This document shows positions 10,312 through 19,722 of a DNA stretch of 64,000 nt, piece after piece; the stretch's first letter is position 1; the number at the start of each line of letters is the position of its first letter. Made by a program: the position numbers and the translations under genes. The DNA is taken from NCBI GenBank assembly GCA_965216565.1, contig OZ244170.1, positions 1,344,001 through 1,408,000 on the forward strand. The letters run 5' to 3'. Under the pieces are notes generated by a model. It made no database searches, was not told the origin of the DNA, and worked only from the letters and a program-made list of their open reading frames with translations. Source of the stretch: Bythopirellula sp. Lineage in GTDB: Bacteria; Planctomycetota; Planctomycetia; Pirellulales; Lacipirellulaceae.

Positions 10312-11460
10312 TCAGTCGGTGGGCAACATGATCCAAAGCTCTGGGCGGCCGACGTTACAGTGCACAGCCCGCGACAAAAAACCAAGGCACGACCAGGAGA
10401 GAAAAAGGACCGTGCGTGCGGCGTGCCAGGCTCCAATGCCGTCCGTGGATCGTTGTTCACGACGGTTAGCTACGCTTGGAACAGGATGAAAAATAGTCTC
10501 CACTAGCGTCGATCGTTCGGGTTCATCGTCTTGCACTTGATCGAGTGCAGAGAGTGTGTTGTCTAAGAGTTGCCGTGGCACACCACATTGAATCAATCTG
10601 CTATCGACGGAGTAACTTGCTCGTCTACTGACAGATGGTAGCACAAGCAAACCAAAGAACGACCACAGTGTAAATCCAGCACAAGTGGTGATCAACTGAG
10701 CAACACTTTTGACACCGGCGCCTGGCAGTAACGCCGATAACGCGAAGCCAGTTAGCACCCAAATTAGTGCCAAGATCAGGCCCTTCGAGCGACTACTCGA
10801 CTCAAGAGCCACCAAGCGGCGAGCTACGGCCGCAGCAAGCTGTTCGGAAGTTAGATGATTGAACCAGCTGCGAGGAATAATCACTGTCTCATTTCCCGGT
10901 AATCCCACAATTCCCCCTGTGAAACCGGGGTCGCTATGACTAAGCACTTCCAACGGACTGCTTCTGAAACCCCACTGCTCTAAATTCTGGCGTAGCTTGG
11001 CCAAGTGCCGAGCCGGTTGCGATGGAGCACCATCAATCGTCAAGCGAACTAAAAGACCTTGCATTGCAATATACACCACACTAATCACTGCCAGTAGCAA
11101 TAGTACGCCGCCAAGGCCGAGCAGACGACCAACCGTCAAGATCGAAAGTCCCGTCGCCAGGAAAAGGAACGATTGCAGCTCCACCCCAATCAGCCATGAT
11201 CCAAAAAACTGTGCAAACGTCGCCGACTGTCGTCGATATCGGTTGGGTAACACAAACCCGCCGAGAACGTCTAGTGGCAACATGATCAGCATGAAGGCAG
11301 CGATCAATGCGCCTAGGCTCCAAACTTGATTTGTTTGCCACTCCAGCGCCGTCGAAAATATTGCTTCGTGCCCACGTGTAATCAGAAGTGACACTGCGAT
11401 GACGACTATCGTGCCAACACCTGTAATTCCTAGCCAAAGCCTCGAGCGAGCGTAAGTCAT
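10312..11460 (-). CDS. Multi-pass membrane protein with an M48/Ste24-like layout but no HExxH
   Basis: Several TM segments; LTSEQLAAAVARR, SRRASYSVD and FHPVPSVANR mirror M48 motif spacing. GGAGA RBS before ATG at 11460. Confidence 0.6.
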   Translation of the reverse strand: MTYARSRLWLGITGVGTIVVIAVSLLITRGHEAIFSTALEWQTNQVWSLGALIAAFMLIMLPLDVLGGFVLPNRYRRQSATFAQFFGSWLIGVELQSFLFLATGLSILTVGRLLGLGGVLLLLAVISVVYIAMQGLLVRLTIDGAPSQPARHLAKLRQNLEQWGFRSSPLEVLSHSDPGFTGGIVGLPGNETVIIPRSWFNHLTSEQLAAAVARRLVALESSSRSKGLILALIWVLTGFALSALLPGAGVKSVAQLITTCAGFTLWSFFGLLVLPSVSRRASYSVDSRLIQCGVPRQLLDNTLSALDQVQDDEPERSTLVETIFHPVPSVANRREQRSTDGIGAWHAARTVLFLSWSCLGFLSRAVHCNVGRPELWIMLPTD

Positions 11461-11570
11461 GGTTCTATCTCCATGCAATGATGGATTAACTTCGGGAACG
11501 TTTTTACAGCGAGGTTGGACGAAGTTAGTGTTCCGTGCTAATCTCGTAGTTCCTTAACCGAGGTTTGTAG

Positions 11571-11927
11571 ATGCATTTCACCAAGCAGCAATTAGAACAG
11601 GCCACGCGTCTCAAAGAGCTCGGATTGGCTTGGAAACCAGCTGCAGGACACTATATCTACGATGTGACGCACGCGCTCAAGCCGTCGTCTCCCTTCCAGG
11701 ATCGCGTTTACTTCTTGCTCGATCTTGATTGTTTTCTAAGGGCTGTCGGCGGGCCGAAGTCTTTTGAGCGGTTGATGGTTTGGCTACCAAGTTGGGAACA
11801 GGCACGATCGGCCCTGCGGTCAGTTGGAGTGGCTGATGACGAGGTGTCGACAGATCTTGCTCGCAGTCTGGACGAGCAGAGCGAACTTAACCATTTGTAC
11901 GACCTTCTTGAGCGAACATTGCGTTAG
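11571..11927 (+). CDS. Hypothetical protein, paralog of 12219-12599
   Basis: Shares W.P.AGHY.YD, SPFQ..VYF.L, AVGG and WLP.W with the opposite-strand ORF. Confidence 0.8.
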   Translation: MHFTKQQLEQATRLKELGLAWKPAAGHYIYDVTHALKPSSPFQDRVYFLLDLDCFLRAVGGPKSFERLMVWLPSWEQARSALRSVGVADDEVSTDLARSLDEQSELNHLYDLLERTLR

Positions 11928-12218
11928 TTGCTGCCATTCTTGGATTGCGGCTAGCCATCGTTCATAAGTGTTCCCAGTAAATGGGCAGTGTCAGTTCGAT
12001 CGACTTCATCGGCAGGCAATTCCATGTCAGATCGGTGCGAAACCGACTGCCTGAACTCCAGGCCGAGTTGGGTCTCCAAAGTTCTTTGCTGTAGTGTTCG
12101 CCTCTTTCATAGAAAAAGGTATGGAAAGTACGACGACCGACCTCAGCGCCGTCCGATCTTCCACTCTTGTGTCTCATTTAAGTTAGACGAATTGCTTGGC
12201 AGGCTCGATGTTTCCAGT

Positions 12219-12599
12219 TCACCTTGGCACGCTGTGCTCAGCTAAAGTTGTTTCAATGAGCTGGTAGAGAATGAATCGCTCCGTTCCTTGTTCGATAGCA
12301 CAGCTGTTTTCAAGTCGATCAGCAATACGAGCATCGCTCACTTCGAGCGACTTTAACAGCTGACGAGCATCGTGCCAGGTTGGCAGCCAAAACATGATTT
12401 GTTTGAAGCGTTCAACTCCACCGACTGCTTTCATGAAGTAGTCGTAGTTGAGAATGAAGTAGACTTGACTTTGAAATGGTGATGCCTGCTTGCAAAACCC
12501 GGTCTCGTCGTAGACGTAGTGTCCAGCCTGGGGCTCCCAGGAGATTCCTGTTTGATGGAGTTTTCGTGCTAAGGCGATTTCTTCGTCGCTAAATTGCAT
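12219..12599 (-). CDS. Hypothetical protein, paralog of 11571-11927
   Basis: Same motifs as the convergent paralog; AGGAG RBS upstream. Confidence 0.8.
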   Translation of the reverse strand: MQFSDEEIALARKLHQTGISWEPQAGHYVYDETGFCKQASPFQSQVYFILNYDYFMKAVGGVERFKQIMFWLPTWHDARQLLKSLEVSDARIADRLENSCAIEQGTERFILYQLIETTLAEHSVPR

Positions 12600-12641
12600 G
12601 GGGATTTTCTCCTATCGATCTTTACACCTATGAGTTGCTCG

Positions 12642-15104
12642 TCAGAAGAGTTGCTGTTGAGACGCCGTTTGATCTTTGACATCGTTCGCATTCTTTGAGA
12701 GGAGGCCCAGATATCGACCGGCTACAGCCGCGCCGCTCAAGAAAGCTCCTTCCACGCGTGGCCCCCCACACCAATCGCCGCAAGCACCAACACCGACTTC
12801 GGAGTCAAACAGACAGCGTTCTTCCAGCGGTTCTGTCGGTAAGGCGAACCGCCAGCGATGGGCAATGCGCTTGAGAATAGGCCTGGGACGAGACCCTGAA
12901 GCCCTCCAAAACTCGTCGGATAGCTCTTCTGCCACAGCAGTCGCTTCTCGCTCCAAGTTGGCTTCCGACCACTCAGGGGATGCGTGGAGGATCCAAGTTT
13001 CTGGTTGGGAAGAACGACCGGGTTTGTTACTGTTTCGTGCAATCCACGAAAGTGGAGAATCTTGAACAAAAGCGCCGCTGAAAGGCAAATCTAAGCCTTC
13101 TTCCATCGCTACCATTATCGCCCAGCATCCGCTCATGCGTATTCGTTGTGCTTGCTCAGCGAGTGCTGATACACTCGAGAGCAATTCGGCTGTTTGCGGC
13201 GCAGGTGCTGAAACGATGACTGCGTCAAAGCTACCGAGGTCGCTTTGATGATCGTCTACAAGTTTCCACTGTTCGTCACACCGCTTCAGCGACGACACCT
13301 TTGATTCGTAATGGACGGTCATGTCGCCAGTTAGGTGACGGCAGATAGCGTTCATGACTGGCATGGCAATATAACGCTGCGTCCCTGCTTTTTCCTCAAC
13401 TACTTCGCCCTCCTTGATCGAAACGATTCGGCCTTGCCACTGCGAAACGATGCCTTCTTGCTGCCAAGAGTTGACAAGACGTTTGAACCGTGGGTCGCGA
13501 GCCGTGAAATACTGGGCACCGTGGTCAAATCGCAAATCGTCCTCGGTGCGCCTTGTCGACATTCGCCCACCAGCGCCGCGACTCTTTTCAAAGACCGTTA
13601 CTGCAATACCATGATCCGAAAGCGTTCGAGCACAAATCAGGCCGGAAATCCCCGCTCCAATCACCGCAACTGAAGGAGACGATTCATACAGCGGGCGAGT
13701 CGTCCGACGCGTATATGCAAGCGGATCGAGACGCTCCGCATGCTGAGCAGTTGAGCGATGACGAACGGAGCCAAAAATTTGTCGTCCAGGAGGAAACGGA
13801 CGATCAAACTGGCCGAGGCACCAAAGGAGACCACCGTAGGAGGCCGGATCGCGCCCGTCGAGTGCGTAGCGGTGGTTGAGATCGATTAACATCGCCAAAG
13901 CTTGCTTGGCATTCGTCGTCCAGTTTAACAGCGCCTTGCCCCAGGTCATTCGGACGTTGTTATGCAATTCGCCTTGGATGAGCAAAGACTTCTGAGCAGC
14001 ATCCCACAAGGCATCTTCTGTAGTACCGCGAGCTAGCGTTTCCCAAGAAAGCAGTGCTGGCCGTGGATCGTGCTCATGCTCAGCAAGTGTCTCGATTGCC
14101 CATTTCGGCAACGCGGAGATCCTGTCATGATCGGGTCGATAGAAGCAAAACACGTAGGCTAATTCTCGCCAAATCAGCAACTCATCAAGAAACTTCTCTG
14201 CACCTTCATTGTCGAGTTCGGCGGCTTCACGGGCCACCCGTTGTGGCGAAACCATACCGTAGTGCAGATAGGCCGAGAGCCGACTTACTCCGTCAGCGAG
14301 CGGATTGTTTCTAGTCTTAGAGTAACGGGAAAGTTTTGTTTCTTTAAAAAGATTCCAACGATTGTACCCGGCAACGGACCCACCCATGGTGTGCGGCACC
14401 GGACCGATTGTGTGATCAATCTCGCATTGAGCAACTAAATTATCGAGTTCAGCCGATTGCAAATCGATCGGCTCGAAAGGGAGGTCTGCGGGCAAATCTC
14501 CGGGGAAATCAGAGACTACAGTCACATATCCGCGAGTAAGACGGTCTTCGTAGAGAGTTTTTGTCGCCTTGCGATAGGCGAAAGCTCGATCGTATGACTG
14601 ACCTACTAGTTGCATGGGCACGATGCATGCTGTGTCGACCGCCATGACGGGTGCCGTGACACTACGAGCAAGTACATTGGTCCAACTGCGAAGTGGCTCT
14701 GCGGGCATGTCTTCCGTAACAACTAGCGCGGCTCGCTCAGCTAGTGTTTTCAGATGGGGACCGCGATGCCCTCGTCGCTCGAGATGGAAGACATACGGTA
14801 TGTCCCGTTCTCCGAGAGAAACCTGAGCATCTCTGGCACCCTGTAAGATAAAAGTGTGATGCCGATCTGAAGCGTAGGGGTAACGTTCAGATAATGCATG
14901 GTACACAAGCACCGGGAGTTGTAATGCATTCGCCACTGTGATCGCGGCGTCCAAAGCCGGGTTTTCCTCCGCACGCACCGCAGTACGCATCCAGTAGAGA
15001 ACAAACTCGCCACCATCCCGCGAAGATACGCCTGAGAGCAGCCGCGAACGCTCACGCAGCGTGTCCGACAAAAACTCCATCAGCGGTTGGGCGGCGTGCT
15101 TCAT
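12642..15104 (-). CDS. Class II photolyase-like protein fused to a renalase-like FAD/NAD(P) oxidoreductase
   Basis: N-part: VLYWMR..RAEENPAL, SRLSAYLHYG, WRELA, LHNNVRMTWGK, YALDGRDP. C-part: VAVIGAGISG, FEKSRGAGGRMSTRR, FDHGAQYFT, HRWRFA, CGDWCGGPRVEGAFLSG. Start approximate. Confidence 0.88.
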   Translation of the reverse strand: MKHAAQPLMEFLSDTLRERSRLLSGVSSRDGGEFVLYWMRTAVRAEENPALDAAITVANALQLPVLVYHALSERYPYASDRHHTFILQGARDAQVSLGERDIPYVFHLERRGHRGPHLKTLAERAALVVTEDMPAEPLRSWTNVLARSVTAPVMAVDTACIVPMQLVGQSYDRAFAYRKATKTLYEDRLTRGYVTVVSDFPGDLPADLPFEPIDLQSAELDNLVAQCEIDHTIGPVPHTMGGSVAGYNRWNLFKETKLSRYSKTRNNPLADGVSRLSAYLHYGMVSPQRVAREAAELDNEGAEKFLDELLIWRELAYVFCFYRPDHDRISALPKWAIETLAEHEHDPRPALLSWETLARGTTEDALWDAAQKSLLIQGELHNNVRMTWGKALLNWTTNAKQALAMLIDLNHRYALDGRDPASYGGLLWCLGQFDRPFPPGRQIFGSVRHRSTAQHAERLDPLAYTRRTTRPLYESSPSVAVIGAGISGLICARTLSDHGIAVTVFEKSRGAGGRMSTRRTEDDLRFDHGAQYFTARDPRFKRLVNSWQQEGIVSQWQGRIVSIKEGEVVEEKAGTQRYIAMPVMNAICRHLTGDMTVHYESKVSSLKRCDEQWKLVDDHQSDLGSFDAVIVSAPAPQTAELLSSVSALAEQAQRIRMSGCWAIMVAMEEGLDLPFSGAFVQDSPLSWIARNSNKPGRSSQPETWILHASPEWSEANLEREATAVAEELSDEFWRASGSRPRPILKRIAHRWRFALPTEPLEERCLFDSEVGVGACGDWCGGPRVEGAFLSGAAVAGRYLGLLSKNANDVKDQTASQQQLF

Positions 15105-15494
15105 GCGAAACGATTTCTTAATTGATCTTGGTAAGCGGTAGTTAGTTCGACTCAAATTCTTCAAGAAACCGCGGAATAGGAGGAAGTGTTTCTTCCCATC
15201 CGCAAGCAGCATGATGCACCCATGGCGTGAAATAGTCTTCACCATCAGCGGCGCGAATGACTTCCGTCCCCAGGCACCAGCCCGTCAAGCTGTTTGATCC
15301 ATTGCCCCATCTGTTGTGCACGTATGAATTTTTCGGTTATGGCCTCGGCGAGGGATTTATTCGTTTTTCTCCGCCCGTTCCCCATCCAAGCTAAAGCTAT
15401 TGGCGAGATAATTGAGTATTCTTTCAATCTCCATAATATAAGTTGTTGAAAGTAGCTCGATGACCAGTTCTCTAGTCGCTGCCACGGTTGGAGC

Positions 15495-15830
15495 TTTCGT
15501 GGAAAACTGCGTTGTATTCCGTAGGACTATAGTATGAAGCGGCTGAATGACAACCAAAATAAAATGATCCGGCAAATTTGTACCAATGGGGTGATCGTTT
15601 GGGGCGGCCGACTCAACGTCGATACGTCCGTATTCGACCACTTCGACTGGCAAAGACGTCTGCCCGTTTAACGCACTGTATTGGGTTTTTTGGTGCCGCA
15701 CATAGGGCAATTACTAAGCAACACTCGGATGTCGATGCAGCTGCGAAACCTTGACCTGATAAACTCTACTGAACTCAATGCCATCCCAGAACAAGCCAGG
15801 CAACTCCGTCCTTCGCTGGCAGTAGTTTGA
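15495..15830 (+). pseudogene. Decayed 3' remnant of a PhrB/CryB-type (FeS-BCP) cryptochrome/photolyase
   Basis: Translation gives TGKDVCPFNALYW (15646-15684). After a frameshift in a T-run it reads LVPHIGQLLSNTRMSMQLRNLDL...*, with the stop at 15828-15830. Upstream, stop-interrupted G*MTTK...SGK. Left boundary approximate. Confidence 0.65.
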
Positions 15831-16652
15831 ATGCAAATCTACGGCATCGATTTTACTTCCGCCCCTAGTACCGCCAAGCCGCTCACTTGCGCCGTTGGTG
15901 AACTTGAGGGCGACAGGCTGACGATCGAAAGAATCGATTCATGGGATTCGTTCGCACCCTTCGAAGCATACTTAACGCAAGCTGGACCTTGGAGGGCCGC
16001 CGTTGATTTCCCGATCGGCCAGCCTCGCCGTTTAGTCAGGGCACTCGGTTGGCCGGAAAGTTGGGATGAGTATGCTCAATTGGTCGGTCAGATGTCGAAA
16101 ACAGAGTTTATTGAATTGATTGACGAGTACCGGAGCAAGCAACCGCCAGGCGACAAACATCACATGCGCGTGACAGACAAGTTGGCTGGGAGTTGCAGCC
16201 CGATGATGCTTTACGGGGTACCCGTTGGAAAGATGTTCTTCGAGGGCGCTCCACGCCTACAGCGTGCTGGCGTTTCTGTACTGCCTTGTCGCCCCAACAA
16301 ATCCGAGCGAGTGGTTATCGAAGGTTATCCTGCACTCGTCGTGCGGCAGCTAATCGGCAAACGCTCCTACAAGAGCGAAAAGGCCAAACTGCCTACTCAC
16401 GTGGCGTCTCGTCGTGAGATAGTAGAACGCTGTGAAGCAGATACACTGAAGAGCGCCTACGGCGTATCGGTTCGACTCGCGAAAAAAATAGCCGATCAGA
16501 TAATTGATGACCCTAAAGGCGATGGACTCGATAGTGTTTTATGCGCTCTCCAAGCGGCTTCATTCGAGTTGAAAAATCAGACAGCTCAGCCGATCCCACG
16601 GCAGGCAGACCCGCTTGAAGGATGGATCGTCGACTTAAGCTATTCCATTTAG
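15831..16652 (+). CDS. DUF429 domain protein (predicted RNase H-fold nuclease)
   Basis: IYGIDFTSAP, VDFPIG, IEGYPAL, DGLDSVLC, LEGWIVD. Confidence 0.8.
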   Translation: MQIYGIDFTSAPSTAKPLTCAVGELEGDRLTIERIDSWDSFAPFEAYLTQAGPWRAAVDFPIGQPRRLVRALGWPESWDEYAQLVGQMSKTEFIELIDEYRSKQPPGDKHHMRVTDKLAGSCSPMMLYGVPVGKMFFEGAPRLQRAGVSVLPCRPNKSERVVIEGYPALVVRQLIGKRSYKSEKAKLPTHVASRREIVERCEADTLKSAYGVSVRLAKKIADQIIDDPKGDGLDSVLCALQAASFELKNQTAQPIPRQADPLEGWIVDLSYSI

Positions 16653-17080
16653 ATCGCGATGCTTATCGATCCTGAAGCGGATCGCATCTCTGCAACTTAC
16701 CTCTGTTAGTCCGGTGCAGTGCACGGATCACGGCGTGTAATGATCGCGTCACCTTTGCCAATCACCTAATAAGTCGGGGTTTCCAAGGATTGTCGCTGGC
16801 TACGGCTCTTCGCTGAAAACCATGATGAATGCCAGTGGTCTTTTGGCTGCCGTCGCCTTGAGTGCTGTCGGTGGTAGAAAAGGAGATCATGCAATGCAGA
16901 TCAAAATCTAAACTCATGCGTTATCCATACCTCTTTCTTGTGCAACGATCAAACGTAGCTGGACCATAGAACAGCTCGGCGAAGAATGGCTCAGGCCAAA
17001 CTCCAGGAGCTGCTTTCGGCTACTGTCGGCACAAGGCGGTCACCTAACGTGGAACAATAGTAATTTTGCCGAACGTTGTT

Positions 17081-18331
17081 TCAAAAGGAATCGTTGAAAT
17101 CCTCTATAACAGCTTCAGCAGCACGGCGGCCAGAGCCCATGGCGCCGTTGATTGATGCAGTGTCGCAATAGTCGCCACAGCGGTAGATGCCAACTATGAT
17201 ACGTGGACTCTTACTCACGACTGAAAGTGCTGGTGGAACTTGACGGGGCAGGGCGTACTCAATCGGGTATGTACGCAAATGCTGCCACGTGTCGACTGTC
17301 GAGCCAAACCACTCGCGTAGTTGCTTCACAACATCGCTAACCATTGATTCCACATTTGTCCACTGGAGAGCTGTGACGGAGATCAGTGCTTGGTGTGGTG
17401 GGGCGTAGGTTGGTGCTACCTGACTTGGCACGCAGACGTTGTTCACCGGCCCGCGGCCGTCTCCGTTGAGCATAAGGATCGGTTCCTCGATCGGAGGCTT
17501 GTCCGCCGCGAAGTAAATGCATGCCACACGATTCGCTTTACTGGTTGGCTGCTCGCCAGTGAGCTTAGCTGCGGCTGGCTCCTCGGTCGCAACAACGATC
17601 CGTCTAGCGCTAAGCTGTTTTCCCGAGGCTAGTTCGACATGCCGCTGGTTGACTGCCTTCACCGGCGTGTCCAGCCGCAAAACACCATCGGGCAGTCGAT
17701 CCGCCAATTGTTGCGGAATCGCTTTCATGCCGTCCGCTGGGATCGCGACATCGCCACTGGAAAACATTCGAAATACAAATTCACACAGTCGACTTGATGT
17801 CCTTAAATCGCGATCCAAGAACACACCGCCGAGAAATGGACGAAAAAACCGTTCGATGATGGTGGGCGAGAAGCCTCGCTGCCGCAGCATCTCGATGGTC
17901 GTTTGCTCTGGCCGCTCGTAGAGCTGCTCAAGATCACCTGCTGAGACGTCGCGTCGGAACTTCGCAATTCGCAATTTATCAAGAAAGGTCGCCGACGGTG
18001 AAAAGGCTGTTGCAAATAGGTGACGCGGCCGCCGCCATGGATCTGACAAACGGTGGAATGCTCCGTCGTGCCAGATGAGAGACCCCGGTTCGAAGTGGTG
18101 CAGTTGAAGATTGTCGTAGTCCAGCGTCTGCTTGGCCTCAGGATATGCGGTTAATAAGACTTGAAAGCCTCGATCGAGCAAAAACCCGTGGTGATGATCG
18201 GTCGCAATCCTGCCACCTGGAGTCCCGCTGGACTCGAGGACGAGCACATTGAAATCGTTCGAACAGAGCTTCTCCGCGCAGGTCAGCCCGGCGATGCCAG
18301 CGCCAACGATGATCACATCCCATTCCGCCAT
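17081..18331 (-). CDS. FAD-dependent oxidoreductase (amine oxidase / protoporphyrinogen oxidase-like)
   Basis: IIVGAGIAGL, PGGRIATD, LDRGFQVLLTAYPE, CGDY, SINGAMGSGRRAA. Confidence 0.88.
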   Translation of the reverse strand: MAEWDVIIVGAGIAGLTCAEKLCSNDFNVLVLESSGTPGGRIATDHHHGFLLDRGFQVLLTAYPEAKQTLDYDNLQLHHFEPGSLIWHDGAFHRLSDPWRRPRHLFATAFSPSATFLDKLRIAKFRRDVSAGDLEQLYERPEQTTIEMLRQRGFSPTIIERFFRPFLGGVFLDRDLRTSSRLCEFVFRMFSSGDVAIPADGMKAIPQQLADRLPDGVLRLDTPVKAVNQRHVELASGKQLSARRIVVATEEPAAAKLTGEQPTSKANRVACIYFAADKPPIEEPILMLNGDGRGPVNNVCVPSQVAPTYAPPHQALISVTALQWTNVESMVSDVVKQLREWFGSTVDTWQHLRTYPIEYALPRQVPPALSVVSKSPRIIVGIYRCGDYCDTASINGAMGSGRRAAEAVIEDFNDSF

Positions 18332-18339
18332 ACTGATTC

Positions 18340-18897
18340 TCACCACCCGGAAGTTCCCGACTCGCCTTTGAAAGGCCCAACTAGCTCTGGAGTGATCCAG
18401 CCCCCATAAAAACCGCCAGGTTGTGGTTTCACTGCATGCCCGCCGACGTAGCAATCAACACGTCCTGGGTAAAAAGAAAAGTGACCTCGAATCGCCTCAT
18501 ACTCGGGGAACAGCTGCTCGTAGGACCAGCCGATGGCACCCTGTGGTGCAGGTTCACCAGTGGTTAGAGACCAGTAGATTGCTTGTCCTTTCCACTCGCA
18601 AAACGAATGGCCTTCCGAGCGACTCAATAACTCTACGCATACATCTCCTGCCGGTAGGTAGAAGGTAGGCGGGCTTGCCGTCTCGCAAATTCGCAGAGCC
18701 GCCTTAGTATTTGCTAGCTCAATCCCCCGATAGCTGACAATTACTTCCCGTTCGTCCGGCACAATAGACGGGGGCCGAGGATAATCCCAAACCGACTCCT
18801 GGTCGTCGCCGGGAGGTATGGCAAAATGCGGACGCTCTCTTCCATTGTACGTCCACATGCTCCGGGCTTGTTTCACTCTATCGGGAATTGCCATCAT
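18340..18897 (-). CDS. DUF427 domain protein
   Basis: ESVWDYPRPP, ETASPPTFY, SFCEWKG, PQPGGFYGGWIT, GPFKG. Confidence 0.88.
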   Translation of the reverse strand: MMAIPDRVKQARSMWTYNGRERPHFAIPPGDDQESVWDYPRPPSIVPDEREVIVSYRGIELANTKAALRICETASPPTFYLPAGDVCVELLSRSEGHSFCEWKGQAIYWSLTTGEPAPQGAIGWSYEQLFPEYEAIRGHFSFYPGRVDCYVGGHAVKPQPGGFYGGWITPELVGPFKGESGTSGW

Positions 18898-19212
18898 TCG
18901 CTCTGCAAAATACAAGCTCGAGGGATAAGCCACCGAGAAAGGTAAAAATGGTAAGGTTCTTTGATTGTGCCCCTACAAAGACCGCCAAACAAACGAACTT
19001 CTCGTACGATAGTGGAATCCAGTTGGGAGCTATTCGATTGCATCCGCCATAGTGTTCTACGGAAGAAATTACTCGTAGGCTAGTGACTATAGACATTAGT
19101 AGGGATTCGACAACTGGCGTAATCTAAACCGCGACTGTTTCTTTTGCGAGGATCACAAGCGGCGAGATACAAAAAGTCCTACAATCCGCCACTTTCTGAG
19201 TGAGGGGGGAAG

Positions 19213-19674
19213 ATGAAATCGAAAGCACGCGATCACGAAACTTACATGCGGGAAGCAATAGCCGCCGCACGCGGGAACCCGAGCGCGCCATTTGGAGCTG
19301 TGCTCGTTGATCGCAATCTCAACTCGATTGTGGGTCGGGGATGCAATCAATCAAAAACGAATCCAACCTGGCACGGAGAGATCGCAGCGATCAACGACTA
19401 TGTGAGACAAGGTGGCAAGAGTTGGAGCCAATTGACACTCTACACAACCGCCGAACCGTGTTGCATGTGCCAAGGGGCAATCCTATGGTCAGGAATCACC
19501 GAGGTGGTCTTCGGCACCTCGATTGCCGAACTGCAGCGGCAAGGTTGGCAGCAGATCGATATCCCATCCCAAGAAGTCGTCTCACGGAGTTGGCAGCCAA
19601 ACCTATTAATCACTGCGAATGTGCTTGCGAGAGAATGCAAAGAACTGTTTCGCAGTGCAATCGAGGAACAATGA
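19213..19674 (+). CDS. Nucleoside deaminase (CDA/TadA-like zinc deaminase)
   Basis: PFGAVLV, HGE, LYTTAEPCCMC. Confidence 0.9.
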   Translation: MKSKARDHETYMREAIAAARGNPSAPFGAVLVDRNLNSIVGRGCNQSKTNPTWHGEIAAINDYVRQGGKSWSQLTLYTTAEPCCMCQGAILWSGITEVVFGTSIAELQRQGWQQIDIPSQEVVSRSWQPNLLITANVLARECKELFRSAIEEQ

Positions 19675-19722
19675 GAATCAGGAGAGTACTGATAAGGATC
19701 GAAGATTACGGGGCTTGAGAAA

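Noticed and set aside
11962..12177. 71-aa ORF between the convergent paralogs
   Set aside because: No RBS or recognisable family; cannot be supported.
15357..15710. 117-aa minus-strand ORF
   Set aside because: It is the shadow of the decayed + strand cryptochrome remnant; TTG start and no motifs.
16917..17047. Possible sigma-factor C-terminal remnant (RMAQAKLQELL)
   Set aside because: The match is too short and the surrounding frames do not support it.
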